A stretch of DNA of 63,324 bases, the filler included, from Octopus bimaculoides (taxonomy: Eukaryota), in assembly GCF_001194135.2 (NCBI RefSeq). It is 6 parts of 5 records of this genome, joined end to end, with 100 filler letters (N's around TTAATTAATTAA, not from the genome) between each part and the next. Parts side by side here need not be neighbours in the genome. Positions count along the whole stretch, not along the records: positions 16,268 to 37,844 come from NC_068989.1; 5 more parts are not named here. One strand, given 5' to 3'. The notes under the pieces were generated by a model. It did no database searches. It saw only the letters and a list, made by a program, of their open reading frames with translations, and had not been told where the DNA came from. Numbering within the stretch: the stretch's first letter is position 1; the number at the start of each line of letters is the position of its first letter. This document shows positions 26,200-37,445 of the stretch, in pieces. Position numbers and translations under genes: made by a program.

Positions 26200-26237
<38 letters not shown>

Positions 26238-26337
26238 NNNNNNNNNNNNNNNNNNNNNNNNNNNNNNNNNNNNNNNNNNNNNNNNNNNNNNNNNNNNNNN
26301 NNNNNNNNNNNNNNNNNNNNNNNNNNNNNNNNNNNNN

Positions 26338-26373
<36 letters not shown>

Positions 26374-26397
26374 TACAAGAAAATGAGATAGCAATGG

Positions 26398-26619
26398 AAT
26401 AAATGATTATCTTATGAACTACATTAATTGCAGCTGTTTCTGCTGTAAGATGCAGTGGACTCATAGTTGAGTGCCTGAGTAACACCTTATAGCTTCTTCG
26501 AAGCCTTGATTTATATTCAAGGTTTTGATGAAGGTATTAGGTGGACTCAGCTACGAGTCCACTGCATCCAACAGCAGAAACAGCTGTAATTAATGAAGTT
26601 CACAAGATAGTCATTTATT
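26398..26619. repeat. Imperfect palindrome with GAAACAGCTG motif on both arms
   Basis: aataaatgattatcttatgaac..gcagctgtttctgctg..gatgcagtggactc / gagtccactgcatc..cagcagaaacagctgt..gttcacaagatagtcatttatt. Confidence 0.8.
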
Positions 26620-27100
26620 TGTTCATCATCTCATTTTCTTGTTACCACTCTGTACATGACTAATGCTTTGTTCTGAAGCATATGTATATTGAATTCTACA
26701 CCAGGTTATTAGTTTCACAATGCCTAAGTGAAATATTAAAATGTATTTATACATATGTATACTTATGCATTCATGTTGATGTGTGCAAACATAAATATGG
26801 TATATAGGTGAATAATATATATGTGAAGTTGTATTAGGTCAAAGAATGCTGAATATTAAGTTATATTCCAATCAGACAGAATTGTTATATTACAATAATG
26901 TTTCTTTAATTAATGAGTTATGTGAAAATAGACTGCATTTGGATTAGTTTAAGAAATTAACTATTGTATTTCCAGTTGATTGACTGATAGAGATAAGCAA
27001 CATTCACTTACACTCATTCAAGAATGTAGAGCATCAATATTTCCTACTTAATATCTATATCATGGTCATGTGGTATCAATGTCATTTTATTTTCAATTAA

Positions 27101-27313
27101 CCTTTTAGCATTTAAACTGGCCATATAAGGCCAAAATATTCTACCTGTTCTATGTTCAAACTGACCAAAACTGACCTCTCACACCTACCCTACAATGTCA
27201 TTCTAAAAATAAACGGTCATATCATTTAAATTTCAAAGCTACAAGATAATGTATGATTTATTCAAAACAAAGTGAATAAATAGGCTTTACAAAATAATCA
27301 GAATGCTAATGGG
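27101..27313. mobile_element. TTAA-flanked (piggyBac-like) MITE
   Basis: TTAA|ccttttagcatt ... aatgctaatggg|TTAA. Confidence 0.8.
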
Positions 27314-28333
27314 TTAAAGATCATCACAGGCATTTTGCCTTGTGCTTCTAGATAATGTATGATAAAGGCTATTGTTTGAACTCTTTATCAGCCCTGATCA
27401 AATCATCACAGCTATGATTGCCCAGTTTGGAGATTGAGACATGGCAGTGTGATTAAGAAATATATATATATACACATATTTTTTACCTTTCACTTGTTTC
27501 TGTGACCATGCTGGGGCGTTGCTTTGAAAAATTTTTATTGAATATATTGATCTCAGAGAACTTATTTCTTTTTTAAAGCCTGGTACTTATTCTATCAGTC
27601 TGTTTTGCTGAAACTCTAAGTCATGGGGACATAAACACATGGTGGGATCTCAGGTGAACAGACCAGCAGTTTGTACCATTTCCCCATGCCAACATTTGCC
27701 TTGCAGGTAAAATTTGCAGGTCCTTGAGTTCACTCCAAATTTCTTCTCTCCACTGGGATTTCAGATTCCGTTGGAGGCTCCATATTTGAGTTTTCTGTTT
27801 TATGTTTGGTGGTTTGGGGTTTCAGTTTTAGTTATTTCATTTTTTTCCATTTCCTTTTTCTCCCCTCCCTTCTTTATGTTTGTTCTTGTGTTCTTTCCTT
27901 CAGTATTTATAAATATATATATACAACGGCAGTGCATCAGCATGGCCGCAGCTCTGAGCTGAAACTATATATATATATATATATATAGATATATATATAT
28001 ATATATGTATTTGTGGAATGTTGCTTATGATATCATGATATACATGTTCACTACAAAAGTATTATGGAAAAAAATCTTCAAAATGTTCTCTTCATCTATC
28101 TATTCATTATTCCAGGAGGATCTTTAATAACTTCATTTCCATCTTTTGACTTCAAGGGAACATATGATAAAGATTGTGGTCCAAAAGCTTGCTGCAATAA
28201 ATTATAAAATCCTTCAATGTGTTTCTTTTCATAGGCCACCTTACTTCCTCAGACAAATTTCTCCAAGCATCTTTAAGCCTCATGAGTTCTTTTTGCTAGT
28301 CTGCTTTCTGAGACTTCTGAATCATGAAGTCAC

Positions 28334-28546
28334 ATGAAAATCAAAATGTCCAGGGCTTGTGTCATATGTCACAAAACTTGTAAGATAATATCAGGACTTA
28401 AAAGACATATGCCAGTTCACAAAAACATTCTTTCAGAATCAGATTCCAAAAGGCAAAGATATAGAAGAAACTTGAATAATATCTGTCACTTGTGTTTTAA
28501 ACCCTGTCAGTCAGCAGCTAGTCTTAAAAGTCATTTGAGGGCTCAT
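28334..28546 (+). pseudogene. Two C2H2 zinc fingers, probably the C-terminus of an RTE-type LINE ORF2
   Basis: CVICHKTCKIISGLKRHMPVH and CHLCFKPCQSAASLKSHLRAH (C-x2-C-x12-H-x3-H), 21-aa non-TGEKP linker, followed by ggatggctatcatc. Confidence 0.6.
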
Positions 28547-28643
28547 CAACGGAGTGATTGTGGGATTGTGCTGTGTGATGGGCTGTGGTGTGTGTGTATG
28601 TTGATGGGATGGCTATCATCTGTTAAGATGAAGCATTCATCGC

Positions 28644-28681
<38 letters not shown>

Positions 28682-29828
28682 TGTGTGTGTGTGTGTATAG
28701 GTATGGGTGTATACATAATTATAAGTACGTGCTTTTATATGTCTGTCTGTATAAGCCTCTCTTTGTAGCTGACACTGCTTGAAAACATACTATATTTATG
28801 ACATGTAGCTTAACAGTGCAGGGGAAGGGGATTGTTAAAATAAATAACAGATTTTAAAAAGCAAATATTGTTGTCAGTGTGATGAACCAAGGTCTCCTAC
28901 ACTATGGTGCTCTGGCATGACTATGGCCATATGACCAAAAGAAGAAACAAGTAAAAGTGTATATTTTGGGCTACATGGTGTTGTTTGTATTTTAAAATTA
29001 TAAGTGTGGAAATTTGATGGAAATTTGGTTGCATTTCTAGCAGATGTATCATAAGGGTTTGGGCTGCCCTGTCAAGTTGCTGAATTGATTGGACCTTTCC
29101 TTAAATGTATTACACCTTCAACTCAAGTTTGCTCTACACTTCCAGAGTGGTTGATATGAGTAATCTGCACACCCTATGCTATGCCACTGCATATATGTTA
29201 ACTGCATAGAAGCTTCCTTATTGGCTCACTTCAGAGAAGGTAGCTCAAAGAGATAACTATTCTCACTTTATCACGAACAGTGTAATATCACAAAGTATAT
29301 GTAAAAAGGAAAAAGCACTTTGACCAACAATTAAGATAAATGTCATCATTACAACAAATGTTAAAATTGCATCATCTTCTCTAAAGTTCGATATCTTTAC
29401 CTAGCTTCTATCAAAAGATATCTACTTACTGCGTCAACCATCTATTATCAACTTTGAAGTTCATTCTATAAAATATTGCTACTCCCAATCTCTGCTTCCT
29501 CAAAGATATCTGCCAATTACTAACCACTCTTTGATATTTCAAATTCAATAATAATTTCCTCATAGATTATTAAATTAAGTAATTGACAATAATCATAGTT
29601 ACATGACGTTCTCATGGGCATTGCATCATGCCTGCTGTGTGATGTGAACTTGTAAGCCATCAGACAGCTACAAGACTGGTACTGCAATTCACTCTTAATT
29701 CAAATGACTATTTGCTTTCTCAATACCCTACTGTATTTTGGGCAAATAGAATTAAGTAACATTACCATCAAAATGTATGCAGTAGAATATGAATTCATGA
29801 CCTGTAGCAGTACTTTCTAACCTTTTAA

Positions 29829-30052
29829 GCCTTTTGTTACCACATATATGTAGAAATACACTTGCCTTTGTTTCAATTATTTTGAAGAGAAAGAATATAC
29901 TTAAATAACTTTGTCATTATAAAGCTGGTATTTGAAATATAAAATAACAGGAAATTTTGATGGAAAATTTTAATTTAGATTATGATAAAACAGGATGTTT
30001 GTATCTTAGAACTATGGTGGGTGGGGTCATAGGCAGGTTGGTATCAGAAAAG
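29829..30052. mobile_element. TTAA-flanked MITE, second family
   Basis: TTAA|gccttttgttacca ... tggtatcagaaaag|TTAA. Confidence 0.65.
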
Positions 30053-30249
30053 TTAAGGATAGCAACATTCATTTATTTCACTAAAAATGAGATGGTAAGT
30101 TATAAATATCTGTATTTTTAAAATTAAGCACCATATAGCAATTAAATAGAGCATATTTAGGTTCATGTCAGAGTATGCATGCATTGTTAAAATAGGTAAT
30201 CAATGTTTGATTTTAACCAGCAAATAATGCTAATTAGATATAAGTGCAA

Positions 30250-30400
30250 GCATGGCTACGTGGTTAAGGAATTCACTTTGCAATCACATGGTTTTGGGTT
30301 CAGTCCTTTGTTTGGCATGTTGGGTTAGTGTCTCTTATTGTAGTCCTAAGCTGACTGATACTTTGTGAATGAATCCGGTAAATAAAACTGTGCAGTAGTC
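30250..30400 (+). mobile_element. SINE 5' half, decayed
   Basis: catggctacgtggttaag..caatcacatggttttgggttcagtcc..gtgtctcttattgtag..ctttgtgaatgaatccggt. Confidence 0.55.
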
Positions 30401-30401
30401 C

Positions 30402-30440
<39 letters not shown>

Positions 30441-30519
30441 ATGTGTGATGTATGTATGTATGTGTATGTGTGTGCATATAAATACATGTGTTTAATTGAT
30501 CATGTGACAGAAGCATATG

Positions 30520-30960
30520 ATAAAATTGAAAATGGAGTGAAAGGCGATGTAGTTTCATCTTTTGATGCACTTTATTTCTTGAAAGGAAAATAATACTGCA
30601 CAAGCAACAAAGAAGATATGTGCATTTTATGGAGCTGGTACCATAGCCAACAGTACTATTTACAAGCGGTTCACTAGGTTTAGGATGGAAAATCTTGATC
30701 TGGAAGACCGTGCATGTTCAGGCAGGTCTATAGTCATTGATAATAACCAAAAACGAGACTTCAGTCAAAAATAATCATGGTCACACAATGTTAGACAGTG
30801 CAGAGATATTCCATACACCTCTTATGAATGTTAATGTGAATCATTATAATGTTTGGGTGCCTCATAATTTAATGGAAATTATTTTAATGGAGCACATTTC
30901 CATCTACAATTCTCTACTCAAATGAAACAATAATTTTTCATTTTTCAATTGCAAAAACCA
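30520..30960 (+). mobile_element. Mariner fragment (N-terminal HTH to WVPH region)
   Basis: Decayed KICAFYG...DLEDR..SGR and VWVPHNL motifs. Confidence 0.7.
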
Positions 30961-31114
30961 GGATAACAACATCCCCTCTTCTGAGGAACGTTGGAGTATG
31001 GTTAAAACGAATGTTAATACTAATAACACTACTACTACTAATAATAATAATAACAACAACAATAATAATACAAGCCACTCCCCTGATACCACCCTAAACT
31101 TTAACTTGTCCATT

Positions 31115-31553
31115 TATATTATTTACATTATTTACATTTGACGGATATTCGTCCTCATCTTGTTTGTTGTTAACACATTTCGGCTGATATACCCTCCAGC
31201 CTTCGTCAGGTGTCTTGGGGAAATTTCGAACCTGGGTTCCTATCGATGTTACTATTATTATTATATTATTATTAATCAGGTAGCTGCCGTGAATCGAACT
31301 CGGAACCTTGGGGTTAGTAGCCCGCGCTATTAACCACTACGCCATATGCCCGTGGGCAATTATGGGGTGAATTTTAAGGCTTATAAATCTATTATTTTTC
31401 TATCCTTCCTCAATACCGGTTCCCATATGCTATTCATATCTGCACTCGGTCTGCTTAGGAGGTTGTTGTGTCCTAGCATATGTGCTGCTTCTTTTAGTTT
31501 TCGTATTTTCCAGTGTTGTTCCCTGTCTATTATTTTAACTTCATCCCACAGGG
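31115..31553 (-). mobile_element. 5'-truncated Penelope-like element (GIY-YIG tail, tRNA-like head, HHR variant)
   Basis: LWDEVKIIDREQHWKIRKLKEAAHMLGHNNLLSRPSADMNSIWEPVLRKD*, tRNA-like 31278-31351, HHR 31173-31213 (CTGACGA core, GAAATGTGT). Confidence 0.85.
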
Positions 31554-31619
31554 ATGTACATATATTGTTACAATATATGTACATTTTTCCTTTCCTTTTC
31601 TTCCCTACCAACGTAAGTA

Positions 31620-32690
31620 CTTTAAAAGCTAGCTAGCTTTGTTCCTTAAAGTTTTAATTTTTAAGTTTTAATGTTAATTTTAATTTAAGTTTCAACTTTT
31701 AAATTTCAATTCTTTAATTTGTATCCCTTATTCATTTAGCAGTAGCGTTATCCTATATATACCCCCTTAAGCTAGGCATCTATTTTTAGCTATCCCTACT
31801 GACCACTGACCACACCTAACCTAAATTTCCTCTGTTTAATCACTAGACATAAATACCTTCTTCCTCCACTTTACCAAAACCTTAATGCCTGACCTCTCAC
31901 CCTGAACTGACACTTCTGGCACCTTATCTCTATCTTTATTCCTTATTTTTTATTTTTTGATTTTACTTTACTTTTGCTCTCATTCTTTTCTGCACCTATC
32001 CCATTCCTATCTCTTCTCATTTTTCTCTCTTTCTCCTTCTTTCTCTCTCTTCTATCTATTCACTCACAACTCAGTTCTGTCTATCTTGATGTATGTCTTT
32101 CTCATTCTATATACTCATGCGGACCATCTACATACTAGCTAACCACTTCAACATGAATACATCATTCAAAATACTGCCAAAATTCTGCCTGGATTTACCT
32201 GGAATTAAAGCTAAGGGTCTATACTTTCATGGAAGTATTGACCAACCTCCATACCCTCTGGGAAAAGATGAACTGTGAACTTTATTCTCCTGTCTGTATT
32301 CTTCTATCTAGTTTTACTCCTTATTCTTCTATTTTATTCCTTATAAACTGTGAATTTCCTTGTCTAGAACTTTCATACATACTCACCTTGTCTTTGGTGG
32401 TGGAATACCCAGTGTATGAACATTCTAGCCTATCACTTGGGATATCCCGAAAACAGCTGTAAGACTTAAAATTAACTTTACCCTAATTGAATTATTATAA
32501 ATGACTTAAGTTACTCGTCCTGCCTTAGTTTTTGTTGTCCTTTTCCTCTAATATATACCTGCTAACATGGAAGCCTAATATGGATCCCTAGCTCCAGCCT
32601 CAGCTGTGAACTTGGAACCTAATGGATGACTAATTATAGCACTTACTCAGCATACCTATTCATTTAGACCATCAGTGAACTAAACTCCTC
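31620..32690 (+). mobile_element. Non-coding pyrimidine-rich element with a decayed HHR at 32390-32465; probable PLE UTR/terminal repeat of another family
   Basis: GTCT-ttggtgg-T-GGAATACCCAGTG...CACTTGGGATATCC-C-GAAAAC-AGCT-GTA-AGAC. Confidence 0.4.
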
Positions 32691-32691
32691 A

Positions 32692-32770
<79 letters not shown>

Positions 32771-32784
32771 ATATGGATTTCTCT

Positions 32785-33070
32785 CAGATTATGTCTACCA
32801 AATCCACTTGCAAGGCTTTGGTCAACCTGTGGCTATAATAGAAGACACTTACCCAAGATTCCAACCAGTGGGACTGAACTTGAGAAGTAAAAATATTGTA
32901 TGCCTCTGGCCAGTTGAATATGATGAGTCTACAGCTGAGTGAACTGGAGCAATGTGAAATAAAGTGTCTTGCTCCAGAATACAACATACAGCCTAGTCTG
33001 GAAATTGAACTTACCCCCTTATGATTGGGAGCCTGATACTCTAACCATGGAACTATGCACTTTATAGGTG
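32785..33070 (-). mobile_element. Two antisense SINE fragments
   Basis: gtctaccaaatccac..aaggctttggtc..gaagacacttacccaag and gaactggagcaatgtgaaataaagtgtcttgctc..ctctaacca. Confidence 0.6.
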
Positions 33071-34004
33071 CAAAATCAATGGTCACTCTGTAACTGCTCA
33101 TAACAATCAACCTTCGAAATATAACTACTCTAATATTTTAGAGTGTGATTCTCTTCAAATATATGAACTACTGACTGAAGTGTGTGTTGTGTGTGTTATG
33201 TGTGTGTGTGTTATGTGTGTGTGTGTGCACGCACACACACACTCATGAATCCAACTATTGGTGATGGTGGTTCCTTTTCCTTGTGCAAAAGCATTGACCT
33301 TGAAGAAGTTAGTCAATAAGAACATTCTTTATATCATTTTGATGACATTACTGAAGTTGTAGCTATCTTCTTTGTCTTTTCTGGTATTAAGAATATGACT
33401 GAGTAAAAATACTAGAAAAGAGCATTTTGCACACGAAATACAACTATGATAGAGTTTTACATGTGTAATATAATGTGGTGAAAATCTTTGATCAACTGAG
33501 AATATCCAAGCAATTAGTAGACAAAAACTTCCTTTATAAATTTTTATAGTTTTTTATTTTTTAAATCTAAACCAGCAAGTAAGGGATTTTAATATGTTTA
33601 TCACTTTCCTTTCCTCTTTGTAGTGTCATAAGATAATCAGTCTACAAATTAAAACATTATACAATTAATATGAAGTTTTTATATAGCACAAGATGAAAAT
33701 TATTGCCCAACTAATTATTTCTTGCATAATACCTTATCTCAGAACTATTACTAAAATTCAATTAAAGTTGTTTTCCTTTTGAGTTAATAAAATTTCAGAA
33801 TTATGGTTAGTTGAGTTTTCAGTTTCATACATTAGCTTGTATTCTTTTTATGCTATATTTCACCTGTCTTTTTAGCTTTGGTTTCAATTAACGTTTATCA
33901 TAAAAGGTGAAAAAAAATCCCCAAAACAAAATAGAAACATATTCACTTTTATATTATTTGGTACTAAAGTATCCCATTTCAATCTTAACAGTAGAAATGT
34001 CATT

Positions 34005-35015
34005 ATTTACATTATTTACAATTGACAGATATTTGTCCTCATCTTGTTTGTTGTTAACACATTTCGGCTGATATACCCTCCAGCCTTCATCAGATGTCTT
34101 GAGGAAATTTTGAACCTGGGTTCTCATTCCTAAGGTATTTTTCGATGTTGTTGTTATTATTATTATTATTCAGGTCACTGCCTGGAATCAAACTTAGAAT
34201 CTTGGGGTTAGTAGCCCTTGCTCTTCACCACTACGCCATATGCTCGTGGGCAATTATGGAATGAATTTTAGGGCTTATAAATCTAATGTTCTCCTATCCT
34301 TCCTTAATACCGGTTCCCATATGCTATTTATGCTATTCATATCTGCACTCGGTCTGCTTAAGAGGTTGTTGTGTCCTAGCATATGTGCTGCTTCTGTTAG
34401 TTTTCGTATTCTCCAGTGGTGTTCTCTGTCTATTATTTTAACTTCTTCCCACAGGGGGAGGTGGTTTCCATTTTTCCATACATGATCAGCTATACCCGAT
34501 TTATCAATATCTCCCTGTGTCACAGCTTTGTGATGTTCCTCTACCTTTATTTTGAGGGGATGGCATGTTTTGCCTTTGTATAAACTATCACAGCTGTATG
34601 GGATGGAGTGCATGCAGTTCTTAGCCATATGCTCGGACACAACAACCTCTTAATCAGACCGAGTGCAGATATCAACAGCATATGGGAACCAGTATTAAGG
34701 AAGGATAGGAGAACATTAGATTTATAAGCCCTAAAATTCATTCCATAATTGCCCATGGGCATATGGCGTAGTGGTTAAGAGCGCGGGCTACTAACCCCAA
34801 GATTCCAAGTTCGATTCCCGGCTGTGACCTAAATAATAATAATAATAGTAATAATAACAACATCAAAAAATACCTTAGGAATGAGAACCCAGGTTCAAAA
34901 TTTCCCCAAGACATCCGAAACGCTGTGTTAACAACAAACAAGATTGAGGACAAATATCTGTCAATTGTAAATAATGTAAATAATGTACATAATTCCTCAT
35001 CTCATAAATATAGAA
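34005..35015. mobile_element. Penelope-like element in fold-back arrangement (antisense arm 34005-34622, sense arm about 34624-35015)
   Basis: Both arms carry GIY-YIG tail, UTR, tRNA-like head and HHR region. The antisense arm holds most of the GIY-YIG domain. Confidence 0.85.
34275..34620 (-). pseudogene. GIY-YIG endonuclease domain of a Penelope/Poseidon-type PLE
   Basis: MHSIPYSCDSLYKGKT (VYSIPCSC..YIGET-like), LKIKVEEHHKAV, KSGIADHVW, VKIID.E..W.IRKL.EA.H. Confidence 0.8.
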
Positions 35016-35146
35016 CAGAAATATCATTATTGTAAAATAATGTCAAGCTGGAGTATTGTAAAATCTGTTTGAAAAATATCTGGGTTATGTTTTGAGCCCA
35101 CCAGTTACATACATGTATATATAAACATGGACACAGTGTTGTTTAT

Positions 35147-35746
35147 TTGAAGTCCTGAAAAACTGCAAGTTGCTGATTGAGGTAAAAGACCTAGGAGTGC
35201 TTGTGGGCAGACATAAGGAAGAAAGGTGAGTAGATGGAATTGGATGGAAGTGGTAGGAGACCAGCTAGATACAAGAAGCAGATGCCACTCTAGTAGTGAG
35301 ATGAAAGCACATCTATGGACTAGAGGCTTAGGTGTGTTAGTAAGTAGCTGCATGCAAACCAGTCTATGATTCTTTTCTAACACAGATAACTAGCCATGAT
35401 GCTGTCATTCTAACAATTCAAATCAGTATCAAAATCTACAGGACCCTATAACCTGGTTTGAATTGCTAGAATGACAGCATCATGGCTAGTTATCTGTGTT
35501 GCTAGAAAAGAATTATAGACTGATTTGCATGCAACTACTTACTCACACATCTAAGCTTCTAGTCCATAGATGTGCTTTCATCTCACTACTAGAGTGGCAT
35601 CTGCTTCTTGTATCTAGCTGGTCTCCTACCACTTCCATCCAATTCCATCTACTCACCTTTCTTCCTCTTGCCACCCTTATGTCTGCCCACAGGCACTCCT
35701 AGGTCTTTTACCTCAATCAGCAACTTGCAGTTTTTCAAGACTTCAA
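35147..35746. repeat. Long fold-back inverted repeat (arms 35147-35426 and 35453-35746, 26-nt loop)
   Basis: Arms align throughout with scattered substitutions and small indels. ORFs 35105-35383(-) and 35496-35702(+) translate near-identically. Confidence 0.92.
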
Positions 35747-37309
35747 TCATAACTATCTCATTGATCTTGGAGGACCTTTGAAGTCACAATAATGGCCACT
35801 TTGTGCAAATAAAACCATTAAAATAAGAATTAAAGTAAAAAGTCAGGCTAACATAAAAAGGATGTCTTATGTATATTGTAGAGGAAAATGACTGTAAACA
35901 ATTTGCATAACCTATGAAGAATGAATGGCGAATTCAGCTTCACAACTCTGATTAAAACTGAAAACTAACTGTGAAGCTGAGCTGGATACTGTGAATATTT
36001 ATTATTGTCTTCTAACATTGTTTCAGCTCCACAACACTTGAGTCCAATACTCCAATAGAATATGTATCATCTAAATGTAAAATGTCAGAGCAGTAGCAAC
36101 TTATGGCATCAGTAATTGAGAGAACCATAGTACTTCTAGCTATATCACTAAATACATGGTTATTTACTGAAAATAATATTTCAAGTTGGTAACTGCTGCA
36201 ATATAAATTATTAAAATCATAGATGGATTATTCCAGAAAACAAAGATAAAGTGAGAGCAAAAAATATTTGAAAAAACTAGATATGACAGCAGTGAAATGA
36301 ATAATCTTGTCATGATCTTTAGCAATCAGTATATAAGTTCTCACTTCCTCAGCATACTTAGCACTATAACCTCACTGCATCCAATGAAGTAAATGAATAA
36401 ATAAATAATGTAGCAGCCATATTGGTTCAAGATATATATATATTTTTCTTTCATAGAACCATTCAGTACTTCCAGTAAAATCTTCTGTTAATTTTCTTTT
36501 TCAAGTCATGACACATGTATGAAAGTAATAATGAATGATTAACGATTTAGATTTTGTATATTTTATTATATTTTTCTATCTTATTTTATTTTTATATTTC
36601 ATTTATTATTGTTGAATGGGTGGGTGGAACATTAAAAGAGTAAAATAAACCAAAGAATTAAGTGTCTGGAAGAAAATGACTTCATAATAGTGAGTTGTGT
36701 AATTAATTAACTATGAATACTAATTTCAAATTAACTGAATAGCATTGATTATGAATTTCTCTTTATGATTTTTCAAGCATTTGGCATACTCTAAATATGA
36801 AATAAAATGACTATGAAGTCAAGATGAAAGCTATATGGTGTATAAATGAATAATATAGCCATTAAATGTTTTTGACTTTTCTACATGTCCATGTCAATGA
36901 GTTTGAGTTATATTGAAGCAAATACTTCTCTGTTTATATTCTTTTACTGATTTCAGCCATTGGAGTGAGTCCATATCAGGACATCATCATCAAGTGTCTT
37001 AGTCTATCATATCAACTCTGCTGTTTATTTTACTGATATTTATTTATTTAATGGATCCAACTTAACACTGTTTTATAGTAGAATGCACACACACACACAA
37101 ACACATGCACACATATACAAACACAAAATGGCTGCGATATCTAGGGTCAGTCTCAGGAGGTGTGGGGCCCAATTGGGAACAATTTTAGTGGACCCCAGGT
37201 TCCCAGTCAACTTGCACCAAGGTCTATAAAATTATAAAAATATATAAATCCAGCCATTGAAACTATGCTACTGTGCAGTACTACATAAAAACACTCAGTC
37301 CATATTGTA

Positions 37310-37445
37310 AAGTGGTGGCGTTAGGAAGGGCATCCACCCACAAAAAACATGCCAAACCAGACATAACCCCTAGCTTGTTGGCCTGTCAAACCATCCAACC
37401 CATGCTAGCATGGAAAACGGACGTCAAATGATGATAATGATGATA
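37310..37445 (+). mobile_element. RTE-type 3' tail fragment
   Basis: ggtggcgttaggaagggcatcc..ccatccaacccatgctagcatggaaaacggacgtcaaatgatgataatgatg. Confidence 0.7.

Noticed and set aside
34757-34830. Functional tRNA gene with ACT anticodon
   Set aside because: The acceptor stem is poorly paired, copies differ from each other, and all are embedded in the same retroelement flanks.
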